This document shows, piece after piece, positions 1-10,813 of a DNA stretch of 32,906 nucleotides. The first letter of the stretch is position 1; the number at the start of each line of letters is the position of its first letter. The notes under the pieces are model-generated. The model was not told the origin of the DNA and made no database searches. It saw only the letters and a program-made list of their open reading frames with translations. This DNA is from Octopus sinensis (lineage: Eukaryota), in NCBI RefSeq assembly GCF_006345805.1, contig NW_021832752.1:1-32906 (forward strand), given 5' to 3'. The position numbers and the translations under genes are program-made.

Positions 1-137
1 TTTATTGAGCTCTTCACGTGGACATTCCACCAGTATTCTTTTTATTATGAGTGGCTATGGCTTCTACCATACTCTAGATTCCTATTTCTTTGTTCCCGGG
101 TTTATCCTTCCAACAGATTTCATTACGGAATGTCCTA

Positions 138-634
138 GGTATGTATGTATTTATGTATTTATGTATGTATTTATGTATTTATGTATGTACGTATGTACGT
201 GTGTATGTACGTATGTATGTATATATGTACTTACGTATGTATGTATGTATGTATGTATTTATGTATGTATGTATTTATGTATGTATGTATGTATGCATTT
301 ATGTAGTATGTATGTATGTATGTATGCATGTATGTATGTATGCATTTATGTATGTATGTATGTATGTATGTATGTATGTATGTATGTATGTATGTACGTA
401 TGTATGTATATATGTACTTACGTATGTATGTATGTATGTATTTATGTATGTATGTATGTATGTACGAATGTATGTATATATATGTACGTATGTATGTATA
501 TATGTACTTATGTATGTATGTATGTATGTACTTATGTATGTATGTACGTATGTATGTATATATGTACGTATGTATATATGTACTTATGTATGTATGTATG
601 TATGTATGTATGTATGTATGTATGTATGCACGTA
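138..634. repeat. (TATG)n imperfect microsatellite
   Basis: Directly visible TATG/TACG tandem units; produces spurious MYVC ORFs. Confidence 0.97.
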
Positions 635-1007
635 CGTCCTTGGTATGACTTAAAACAGCATCAGGTAGTGAGGTTCTGTTTCGGAAGTCCCAGGATTCTG
701 GGGAACCATGATTTAGCCATTATTGTTCTGAGGTCTGCTCTAGCCTAAATTATTCGCGCATGTGAACCACTAAGAATAAAAGACTCCTAGTTCTCGTTAG
801 AGAACAAAGTTGATGTGAAAATCTTGAAGTGCAGTGTGTCTCTTCAACCTCTGCTGGCAAAAGGATTTATAGCTGGTTGCCTGGAAACTTTGGTCCTGTG
901 CTGTGCAAAACTTCATCTACTAGAAGGAAATTCATGCACAGAACATTCTGGGACTCAGAACGGCTTACTGAGTTTAGGGAATTGGTTTTCTCGGTGTGTT
1001 GACTTCC

Positions 1008-1043
1008 AACACACACACACATACACACACACACAAACACACA

Positions 1044-1099
<56 letters not shown>
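1008..1099. repeat. (CA)n microsatellite
   Basis: Directly visible. Confidence 0.97.
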
Positions 1100-1102
<3 letters not shown>

Positions 1103-1260
1103 TCTAAGAAATTTCCTATAATTTCGATTTCTGAAGTTCGTTGAATTTTTTAAACTCCAAATTTAAGTATTCATTGCGTTCACTGCGCCCAATTTTTCAC
1201 AAATTTAAATATTTCTTGGATTCACTGCGGAGTCGAATTTAATGTTTAATAATAAACACT

Positions 1261-1975
1261 AGGCGCAGAAGTGGCTGTGTGGTAAGTAGCTTGTTTACCA
1301 ACCACATGGTTCCGGGTTCAGTCCCACTGCGTGGCACCTTGGGCAACTGTCTTCTACTATAGCCACGGGCCGACCAAAGCCTTGTGAGTGGATTTAGTAG
1401 ACGGAAACTGAAAAGAAGCCCGTCGTTTTTATGTATATATATATATATATATATGATAAATATTAGGGAATAAATCCAAATTTACATGGAAAAATCAGAT
1501 TTAGGATTGAATCCAATTTTATAGTAAAATATTATATTATATTAAATTAGGACAAAACCACTATTATGCAAATCAGACAAAGAAAGACTAAGCCAATACA
1601 TAAAATAATTTATATAATTAAATTTAATTAAAAATAACACTACGATCGTTTCGTGTCAGCACTTCTATGAGACATTATTTATGTATTGGCTTAAGTCTTT
1701 GTCTGATTTGCATAATAGTGGTTTGTCTCTAATTTAATATAAATATATATATATATGGCGTGTGTGTATTTGTGTGTCTGTGTTGTCCCCCAACATTGCT
1801 TTGACAGCGATGCTGGGTGTTATGTCCCGTTTACTTAGCGGTTCGGCAAAAGAGACCGATAGAATAAGTACTGGGCTTACAAAAAGATTAATCCCGGGGT
1901 CGAGTTGCTCGATTAAATGCGGTGCTCCAGCATGGCCGCAGTCAAATGACTGAAACAAGTAAAAGCGTAAAAGAG
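1261..1975 (+). mobile_element. tRNA-derived CORE-type SINE (family A, Octopus OR2-like), split by an insertion in its internal TA tract
   Basis: A-box-like TGGCTGTGTGG, B-box-like GGTTCAGTCCC and CORE-like CACCTTGGGCAA. The 5' half (1261-1426) and 3' half (1757-1975) match the uninterrupted copy at 5718-6088. Confidence 0.85.
1528..1746. mobile_element. Inverted-repeat insert, probable PLE inverted pseudo-LTR remnant
   Basis: ~75-80 nt arms (1528-1609 vs 1674-1746). The spacer holds a minus-strand GTG-CTGA-CAC GAAAC GATC GTA, a partial hammerhead. Confidence 0.7.
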
Positions 1976-2082
1976 AGTACTATTAACTCGTTGCAAGCAA
2001 CATTTTACGTTTTTATTTGCAACAGTCTCTCATTTTCGTTCGATTCTATTTTCATTAATAATAATTCAATAATAGATATATA

Positions 2083-2370
2083 ACTTTGATACGAGATACA
2101 ATTTCAAGAATATTATCAGTTTCTAAAGTTCGTTAAATGAATATTTTTGATAAAATGAAAATCTTTTAATATGCCGGTATAATTTTTAGGTGATTTTGTG
2201 TTGAATGAATGCATGCTATTGCACAAAATAGCTGTAGAACTTTGATACAACGTACAATTTCAAGGTTATCAGTTTCCGGAGTTGTTGAATGAATATTTTT
2301 GAGAAAATGAAAATTCTTTAATATACCGGTATAATTTCTTTTTTTTAAATGAAGAAGTGATTTTGTTGGT
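2083..2370. repeat. Imperfect tandem duplication, ~155 bp period
   Basis: ACTTTGATAC...TACAATTTCAAG...TGAATATTTTTGA...CCGGTATAATTT occurs twice, starting at ~2083 and ~2239. Confidence 0.85.
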
Positions 2371-2485
2371 ATGGCAACTTGGAACGCTATAAGCCTTACG
2401 ATAACAACTATATGATCGCTGCTCTTACTAGCACGTTAAACAAATTAGTTCTTAATGAGCTTTCAGGGCAAAGCGACTGAAACAG

Positions 2486-3470
2486 ATGCCTGAATATGCA
2501 CGGAGACGTAGACATGATTCTGTTTCCGCTACACATGACCGACTGGTTAGAGTATCTCGAGAGGAGAATATTCTACTTCAAAATAATGGTGTCAGATCAC
2601 AAATTGTTGATGCAACACTAAAGGGATCTTTTCTTTGTGATCATGTGGAAGTAGTGGGGTTGACAACCAATCTAGGTCATTCTGATGAAAGAGATTTTGC
2701 TAATTACCTTTTTGATGTAGGAAATGGTAACATTTCTGTTGAACAAAACCTAGGTGAATTCAGTATCAAACTACCCAATGACCTTTGCCTTGACAGTGGT
2801 ACTCTTTCAGATCTATGTGATTTTGTATAAGCTGACCACAAAAATAACTTCACAAACCCTGTGTGGTTTGCAAATAGAAGCATTGTTATTCCAATAAATG
2901 AAGCAGCACGATTTGTGAACGATTTTCTGTTGATCAGGATCCCTGGGGAGCTAAAAATATACAGAAGCTCACATATAGTTGATAATGAAACTCGGGTCCC
3001 CAGTCAAGTTCATCAACAAACTTACACCACCAGGATTTCCATCACACATTTTCAAAGTGCAGAAAAACTGATGCATAATGCTTCTGACAAATTTAAATGC
3101 TACACATGGACATCGCAATGTCGCATGTTATATCATTGTCAGTTTATATGACCATGTTATTGGGGCTGAGGTTGCTTCTGGTCCTTATGCAGGATCAACT
3201 CTGCTAATCCCATGAATACCACATTTCTATTCACATTTACACGCAAACTATTTCCTATCAAGCCAGCTTTTACTGTGACGTGCAACAAGGCACAGGGACA
3301 GACTTTTGAACAAATTGGAATATATCTTCCGACACAATTCTTCTCAACAGGTCAGCTGTATGTTGCAGTATCTAGAATTCGAAAGAAGTCTAATGTAAAG
3401 ATATTTGGCAGAAAGAAATCGAAATACTATGATTACCGACAATTGTGTCTACAAGGAGATACTACTTTAA
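2486..3470 (+). pseudogene. Helitron RepHel PIF1-like helicase C-terminal region, frameshifted with stops
   Basis: ORF fragments FANYLFDVGNG, NRSIVIPINEAARFVND and FPIKPAFTVTCNKAQGQTFEQIGIYL...GQLYVAVSR carry SF1B/PIF1 motifs. Confidence 0.9.
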
Positions 3471-3685
3471 AGCAAAATATGCTTTTTAGCAAGTTGCGGC
3501 TTATAGAATTGACACATAAATTATATGTAAAGTAATATATGTTTGTGAGGAATTGTTTTGGCATATTTCAACATATTTCAACATATGTCGAATGAATGAT
3601 ATCGTTGTATTAGATCATTATAAATTTCGGTATATTTGAAAAAATAAGGAAACGCCATTCCCATGTGTTCTCACAGCACCAAACT

Positions 3686-3751
3686 TTGTGTGTGTGTGTG
3701 TGTGTGTGTGTGCATGTGTGTGTGAGTGTGTGTGTGTGTGTCGGTCCGTCC

Positions 3752-3800
<49 letters not shown>

Positions 3801-3856
3801 TCTACCTACCTACCTATATCTATATGTATATATCTACCTACCTATATCTATATCTA

Positions 3857-3955
<99 letters not shown>
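3686..3955. repeat. Compound (TG)n-(TCTG)n-(TCTA)n microsatellite
   Basis: Directly visible. Confidence 0.95.
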
Positions 3956-4150
3956 GCACATCTCTGTAAGTTCTACCAATTATTAATGATAAATATATAC
4001 AAACAGATTGACTCTTTAAAAACAGAGATTATGACTGCGATAAAATAATGAAAGCAATAATTACTATGCAAGTGAGCACTATAATTAGACGTAAAATATC
4101 GTAAAAATTATTAGAATTGAGAATCGAATGTGAAAATATTACCGAGTGAG

Positions 4151-4186
4151 TAGCAGAAAACTGCCCGGGGTCGGACTTTCTGCTAG
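4151..4186 (+). mobile_element. Helitron 3' terminus (hairpin + CTAG)
   Basis: TAGCAGAAA...TTTCTGCTA inverted pair around a GC-rich core, ending in CTAG|T, downstream of the helicase remnant. Confidence 0.65.
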
Positions 4187-4195
4187 TATGTATGT

Positions 4196-4243
<48 letters not shown>

Positions 4244-4260
4244 GCGTGTGTGTGTGTGTA

Positions 4261-4651
4261 TCAGTTGAATAAAGGTAAAACCTGGTCTGCTTGTCACGTT
4301 TTTTATTATGGTATTTTAGAAGATATAAATTTTTTTATAATGCTGAAGTGTGTTAAACATTAAAAAGTATTTTGTAATGCCCATAAAGTTCAATTAGCGC
4401 TTTCATACGTTCGTAATAATCATCAGATTTCAAAATGTACTTAACTGACAGTTGAGTTCAATTAAGTACACTTTGAAATTTGATGTTTACTGCGAACCTA
4501 TGAAAGCGGTAATTGAACTTTATGAGCATTACAAAACATTTTTTTAATGTTTAAAATACTTCAACATTATAAAAAAAAAAAATTACATCTTTTTAAATTA
4601 CAACAATATAAAACATGAAAAGCAGACTAGGTTTTAACTTTATTCAACTGA
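4261..4651. mobile_element. ~390-bp imperfect palindrome (probably two inverted PLE-type pseudo-LTRs)
   Basis: The left arm TCAGTTGAATAAAGGTAAAACCTGGTCTGCTT... is the reverse complement of the right arm along its whole length; centre ~4450. Confidence 0.85.
4392..4429 (-). ncRNA. Minimal type I hammerhead ribozyme motif
   Basis: Minus strand: AAT CTGATGA TTATTACGAACGTAT GAAA GCGC TA ATT. Core intact, palindromic stem III (AGCGCT), CUA cleavage triplet; stems I and II are short or imperfect. Confidence 0.6.
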
Positions 4652-4688
4652 CATATTATTCTATACACATTAACACAAATTCGGATAT

Positions 4689-4748
<60 letters not shown>

Positions 4749-4836
4749 TATAATTATATATATATATATATATATATATTATTATATATATATATATATA
4801 TTAATATATATATTATACATATGTATATATATATAT

Positions 4837-4890
4837 AAATTGGAATATTGAGTTCTAACACCAGGTTCTTAGCATTGCAACGCCTAAGAT
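4837..4890 (+). repeat. 54-bp dispersed mini-element with a near-palindrome, copy 1
   Basis: Differs at one base from 9207-9260; followed by (AC)n then (TA)n. Confidence 0.85.
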
Positions 4891-5289
4891 ACACACACAC
4901 ACACACATATATTATATATATATATAATATATATATAATATATATATATATTATGTATATATTATATATATATATATGTATATATATATATTCAACCTCG
5001 AACATTTGTATTTCAGGAATGCTTCAAGATAATTTAATGAATTATCAGAGGTTTTTCCATAGCTATTAAACTCTACTTTGAACAAGGAAAAAGTGTTGAT
5101 TACTCTCCAAGCTTACGAGAAGAATCGCGATGAAGTTGACCAAGGACGAAAATAACATTTTCATAAATAATTAACCACAGATCAGGATTGAGAGCACACG
5201 AAAGATTGGAATAAATTTCGAATGGCAGCGTAAAGTTTTATTTGAAATTCCTAGAGACAGTTCTGGCTGAAATTCTACCCGTTAGGCAC

Positions 5290-5706
5290 AAAGAGTTGCT
5301 CCCCTTTAGGCAATGACTTCTTCAATCTTCTTCCTGATTGCACCACAAGCATTTTTAATGAAATCCTCATCAATGTCTTTCTCCTACATCCTAAGGTCTT
5401 GCAGGTTACTGTGGGCCTTCTCACATGCTGTTCTGACCAGTTTATTCCAGATGCTTAAGTCTAAAGGGTTCAAATCAGGTGATGAAGGAGATCAAGTGTT
5501 CTTATCTCCAAACCTGTGCCTAAATTCATCCCTGAGAAATTTGTGATCCACTGCCCTTTTGTGACAAGGAACCACATCTTGCTGGAATGTAAACTAGATC
5601 TTCTTAGCGATCTTGTTGGTGTTTCCCTCTTTACATTCTCAGGATATTCAGAAAGAATCCAAGTCTTTACATCTGACAAAACCTGAACATAACAAATTCT
5701 TATCAT
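5290..5706 (-). pseudogene. Tc1/mariner-superfamily (maT/DD37D-like) transposase C-terminal remnant
   Basis: Minus-strand translation FTFQQD...CH...*SPSSPDLNPLDLSIWN...KNAC...IEEVIA; stop codon at the conserved W. Confidence 0.85.
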
Positions 5707-5717
5707 ACATCCACACC

Positions 5718-6088
5718 TCGCTTCCCAACCACATCGTCCCAGGTTACACTTAGACTTTGTGACTCCTTGGGCAAGTGTCTTCTACTATAGCCTCGGGCTG
5801 ACTACAGCTGACCACAGCCTTGTTACTGGATTTGGTAGACAGTAAGTGAAAGAAGCCCATGTGTATATATACACATCTAAATCTATGAGCGTGTGTTTTG
5901 CGTTTGTGCTTGACAACCGGTGTTGGTGCGCTTACGTCCCCGTAACTTAGCTGTTCGGCAAAAGAGACCGATAGAATCAAGATCAGACTTTAGAAAAAAT
6001 AAATACTGGGTGGGGCGATACATTCGAGTAAAAATTCTTCGGGGTAGTGCTTCAGCATGGCCACAATCCAATGATTGAAAGAAGTACA
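5718..6088 (+). mobile_element. SINE family A, near-complete copy
   Basis: Shares CCTTGGGCAAGTGTCTTCTACTATAGCC, GGATTTGGTAGAC and CGGCAAAAGAGACCGATAGAAT with other copies. Confidence 0.85.
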
Positions 6089-6297
6089 ATATATATATAT
6101 ATATAATATATATATATATATATTATATATATATATAATGCATGTATATATATTATATATATATAATATTATATATATATATGTATAATATATGTATATA
6201 TATAATATATTATATATATATATAATATATTAATATATATATATATATATATATATTTATGTAATATATATATATTATATATATATATTGCATATAT

Positions 6298-6373
<76 letters not shown>

Positions 6374-6387
6374 ATATATATATATTT
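6089..6387. repeat. Imperfect (TA)n tract
   Basis: Directly visible; similar tracts at ~4690-4990, 9275-9505, 14510-14730 and 26066-26232. Confidence 0.95.
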
Positions 6388-6787
6388 AAGTTAGTCTGGA
6401 TTATATCAACGTAGGTCATTACCATTTCAATAACTGCGTCTACTCTCACTTCTAAAATTGCTTTAAGGTTATTGTAGCCACCACGCAACTATTATTCCAT
6501 AATCAATATCACCATTAGTCGCTTTAGTAACATTAGTCAATTTAGTCACTTGCAACAATCATTACCCATTCATGAACTTATCACAAATTGCTCGGATGTA
6601 CGATTACATTTAGAGGTTTCCTGTTTATTTGTTAGACAACGCCATTTTTTTCATCACACGCATACGCATGCACACCATGTAGATTGTATTTACCTTGTAA
6701 AGTGCTGGAGACTGTATACATACATACATACATACATACATACATTCATACATACATACATACATATATACATACTACATACATACA

Positions 6788-6818
<31 letters not shown>

Positions 6819-6849
6819 AATCCATGCTGGCTGACTCCTCGTAGCTTAA

Positions 6850-7373
6850 TTTCATTGCACGAAGCTTAATTTATGTTGTTATCGTGCAATGCCTGTGCAA
6901 GAAGATTCTCTTTAAGTGAGGAAAGGCTGTGCACTGAGTCAATCCCACTCACTAAGCAACAGCAGCCATAATCCGAAAAGAAGAACAAGTCAACATCATC
7001 GGTAACCACTGAGCCGCAGGTTTTATGTCGGAGTTATCCCAGTTACCCGAGTTACCTTCTCCTAGGAGGATGCCCTAACAAAGGCAAGGAGTCCTTCACT
7101 CCCAATGATTTAACCGCGCGATCAGGTATTCAGTCCGATCATTTCTATGTCTCCGCGCATGATACAGCCTTAAGACATTTATTGGATGGCCGTTGACTCT
7201 CAAGAGTTCCTCCGCCCTTTGACAGGTTTTGTTTTTCATCCCGCAGGGTGTCCAATAAACACCCTCCTCACCAAGCAAGCTTGGTAGGGTTGCCAGTTTA
7301 GTCGCCGTGACCCAACCATGCAACAGGTTGTATTGGGTTACATGTTACCAGTAGCACTCGAAAGTGACCTGAC
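6850..7373 (-). mobile_element. RTE-type LINE 5' UTR / derived non-autonomous element
   Basis: Minus-strand CTAGGAGAAGGTAACTC motif typical of RTE 5' UTRs; several GC-rich hairpins; flanked by (TACA)n. Confidence 0.55.
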
Positions 7374-7544
7374 AATACGTACATACATACAGACACACAC
7401 ACATATATATGTGTATGTGTGTATACGCGCGCGTGTTTGCATATGACTGTGAATGTGCACGTAAGATATATTTACGCGCTCTCCTACACGCACATTAATA
7501 CGTAACACTTCCAATTACATACATACGCATAAAAACCCACACGT

Positions 7545-7758
7545 ATCTATCTATCTAACTATCTATCTATCAATCAATCAAACTACCTACGTATCAATCA
7601 ATCAAACTACCTATCTATCTACCTACGTACTTACCTACGTACTTACCTATCTACCTACCTACCTCCCTCCCTACCTACCTACCTACCTACCTACCTACCT
7701 ACCTGCCTGGCTACCTACCTATCTACCTACCTACCTACCTACCTACCTAACTACCTAC

Positions 7759-7805
<47 letters not shown>

Positions 7806-7926
7806 CCTACCTACCTCCCTCCCTACCTACCTACCTACCTACCTACCTACCTACCTACCTACCTACCTGCCTGGCTACCTACCTATCTACTTACCTACCT
7901 ACCTACCTACCTACCTACCTACCTAC

Positions 7927-7958
<32 letters not shown>

Positions 7959-7959
7959 A

Positions 7960-8026
<67 letters not shown>

Positions 8027-8040
8027 ATATCTATCTATCT
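7545..8040. repeat. Compound (CTAC)n/(CTAT)n microsatellite with an internal higher-order duplication
   Basis: The variant blocks CTCCCTCCCT and CCTGCCTGGCTACC each occur twice. Confidence 0.92.
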
Positions 8041-8270
8041 TTTCTTTTGTTCCTTTTCCCTTTCTTTTTTTCTTCTATTCTTTTTATTTTTTATTCTATT
8101 TATTTTTTTCATTTTTTATTTATTTATTTTTTTTGTTCTTTTCTTCCCTTTTACGATCCCTCTTGATCGAAAACCTACTCCACCCCCTTTTTTTCATCCC
8201 CCAAAAGAAAAGCTCTACCTTGTAACTTGTCCCATCTGTGTGCAGCCCTGTGTGGCCAATAAAGAAACTT
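8041..8270 (+). mobile_element. Probable LINE (Tx1/L1-like) 3' end inserted in a TATC repeat
   Basis: T-rich 3' UTR ending GTGGCCAATAAAGAAAC and running into TATCTATCT; TATC repeats on both sides. Confidence 0.4.
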
Positions 8271-8584
8271 ATCTATCTATAAACTTATATATACATACAC
8301 CATTTGTAACTATTCTATTAAAACGCATGGCGTTAGGGGAGGATTAACCCGCTAATACATGTACATCACTGATGGTCCAAAACCTCCTATAATCCGCATA
8401 AATTTACGAGCTAGCTTACTAGTACCTTGTGCACACTAATATCATGCACAGTACAATATAAGTAAACTTGTGTCATTCGTATTAATGTACAGGTACCGCT
8501 ATTAACTATTTAACTAAATTTAATATTTGTTTAATTTAGAATGTTTAACGAGGTGACTACCAGCTGTTCAGAAAAATCGGTAAC

Positions 8585-8700
8585 GTGGAAGAGGCAAGAG
8601 AAAGAACAACTAACACAGTGTGTTAGTTTGACGCTCAAGAAAAATCGATGAGCCTTTGACGTTTCGAGCCATCGCTCTTCTACGGAAAGGAAAGAGGAGA
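8585..8700 (-). mobile_element. PLE-type pseudo-LTR remnant with a variant hammerhead motif (8653-8690)
   Basis: CCTTT CCGTAGA A GAGC-GATG-GCTC GAAAC GTC AAAGG; shares the downstream GAGCRTCAAACTA with 29310-29470. Confidence 0.6.
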
Positions 8701-8714
8701 GAAATCTTTTTTTG

Positions 8715-8905
8715 TTTGTGCATGGTACTCACGAACGTTTGACAAATGTCGTTGGCTCTTTTACGTCTCCATAACGTGAATCGGCGTAAAGGCTGATAAA
8801 GGAAATAACAGCCTTAAAAAATAAGTACTGGGGTCGACTTGTTCGACTAAATCCTTGAAGACTGCGACCATTCTGGGGCACAGTGTAATGGCTGGAACAT
8901 AAACT
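8715..8905 (+). mobile_element. SINE family A, degenerate 3' half
   Basis: TTACGTCTCCATAAC...ATAAGTACTGGGGTCGACTTGTTCGACTAAA is similar to 1800-1960. Confidence 0.65.
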
Positions 8906-9206
8906 TATCATTGTAGCCTTTTATACGAAATCTCGGTCAGAGAAGTGGGCCAAACTTTATATTGTATGAGGGAAATTTGGATTACAGCCGACTCAGAAAA
9001 TAGTACACAATTTATAACGATATATGGTTCTCTTAAATAACTCCTCGCTCTCTTTACACGTCACTGTATGTGCGTGTGGGTGTGGGTGTGGAAGTGTACG
9101 GGTGTGTATAGATTCATGTTTATAAACGTATATGAATATATGTATGTGTGTGATCTGTGTGTGTGTGTGTATAATGTATATGTGAACAAATGTATGTGTC
9201 TATAAG

Positions 9207-9260
9207 AAATTGGAATATTGAGTTCTAACACCAGGTTCTTAGCATTGCTACGCCTAAGAT
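9207..9260 (+). repeat. 54-bp dispersed mini-element, copy 2
   Basis: Matches 4837-4890. Confidence 0.85.
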
Positions 9261-9322
9261 ACACACACACACACATATATATATATAATATATATATAAA
9301 TACATATATATATATATATATC

Positions 9323-9387
<65 letters not shown>

Positions 9388-9393
9388 TATATA

Positions 9394-9453
<60 letters not shown>

Positions 9454-9457
9454 ATAA

Positions 9458-9489
<32 letters not shown>

Positions 9490-9733
9490 TATGTATATAT
9501 ATATCAAACAAGTAGGTATCATGTACTAAAAAAAACTTTCACTAATGAAGTTTTCCTGTTCTAAAATAAAGCTGTTGCTATTACGTATCAGAACGACCCT
9601 AATAGCACTGGGGATTTGAGGGTTATTGAGGACATTGAAGCAATGATATTTTGTTCCTCTTTGTTCATCTGAACTACAATTCACCTGATCCCCACTCCCT
9701 CTCTCTGTCTGGCTAGTGTAGCACTACGAATAC

Positions 9734-10330
9734 TTGAGCGCTGGTTTCACTATGTGTGTTGAACGTCCATCTATCTTGAGCGCTGGTTTGACTATGTGTA
9801 TGTTGATCGTCCATCTCGTTGACAATGTTCTTGTTTCAATGCGTGAGCGCTTGTTTGACTTCGCATGTATTGAACCCCCACTTCACTATTTTATTACCCG
9901 TTAGGGTATCTCTATGACTATCTGAGCGCCTGTTTCGCCGTCCGTTTGTTGAACGCCCATCTCACTGTTTTCCTATTTGGCCATACATCTGTATGATTAC
10001 TTCAGCGCCTGTTTAATTGTCAGTCTGTTGAGCGACCATCTACACGTTTTATTATTGTTAGTATTTCTTTGATTACTTGAGCGCCTGTTTATCCGCTTCT
10101 CTGTTGAGCGTCAGCATATCTGTTTTATTATCTGCCAGAGTAAATGGAAGACTATTTAAACGCCTTTCAAAGAGTTTCATAGTTGAGCATCAGTATCACG
10201 GGCCAATTATCTAATTATCTATATATTAAACTGCTTGGGAGTCTATTTAGCAGTTTGAAAATTGAGCGTCCATTTCACCGGTCTTCAGTTGTTACTGGTC
10301 ATTTACATTACTGGTGCGGCCGCTGTCTTC
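9734..10330. repeat. Degenerate tandem array, ~79-bp period, 8-9 units
   Basis: TTGAGCGCCTGTTT-like starts at 9734, 9776, 9843, 9922, 10001, 10077, 10156, 10235 and 10312. Most are followed by a GTTGARCGYCCAT-like block. Confidence 0.85.
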
Positions 10331-10399
10331 TTCTTCCAATCAGGACTCACGCCATTATCCACAAAAAATAATCTCTAATCGAGCCTACTCTAAGCTACT

Positions 10400-10555
10400 A
10401 AGAATTCGTGTGGCAACTTGAAGATTCACCCAGCACACGCGATAGACTGGCGGTTGCACGAGCGCGAAAGCTCCGTTGTTATCCTCATTCCGTAAACGGT
10501 GGCTTTTAACGGGTGGAGAGATGAACCATCCTGGGGTATAGAGGATTCGCAATCT
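10400..10555 (+). pseudogene. Decayed LINE AP-endonuclease N-terminus
   Basis: Allowing single-base indels it reads IRVAT(W)..KL.VILIP*T.WL...TILGYRGF, resembling the APE motifs TWN / QETWL / I.GY. Confidence 0.45.
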
Positions 10556-10632
10556 AAACTAGGGTCTGAAAGTTTACCCCACCATAGTGGGTTACACCAT
10601 GGTTCCTCTGATTTGTGGCAGAAGTAGGACGA

Positions 10633-10813
10633 AAAAGTGAGAGAACGTTGTGGTGAAAGAGTACAGCGTGGTTCATCCCCCCCACCCCGCCGGAGTCTCG
10701 TGGAGCTTAGGTGTTTTTGCTCAATAAACACTCACAATGCCCGGTCTGGGAATCGAAACTGCGGTCTTATGACCGCGAGTCCGCTGCCATAACCACTGGG
10801 CCATTGCGCCTCC
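10633..10813 (-). mobile_element. tRNA-derived SINE family C, 5' portion
   Basis: Minus strand GGCGCAATGGCCCAGTGGTTA...GTTTCGATTCCC (A and B boxes); matches 28045-28222. Confidence 0.85.

Noticed and set aside
5-748. 247-aa and overlapping MYVC-rich ORFs
   Set aside because: Translations of (TATG)n, open in all three frames because the repeat lacks stops.
660-990. Coding-like unique sequence
   Set aside because: No recognisable motif; probably an unidentified transposon fragment.
7255-7300. Twister ribozyme (GAGGAGGGT end)
   Set aside because: Conserved twister P4 loop and pseudoknot partners are not found; only simple hairpins.
9734-10330. CRISPR array
   Set aside because: Eukaryotic context, degenerate non-identical repeats, partly alignable linkers and no cas genes.
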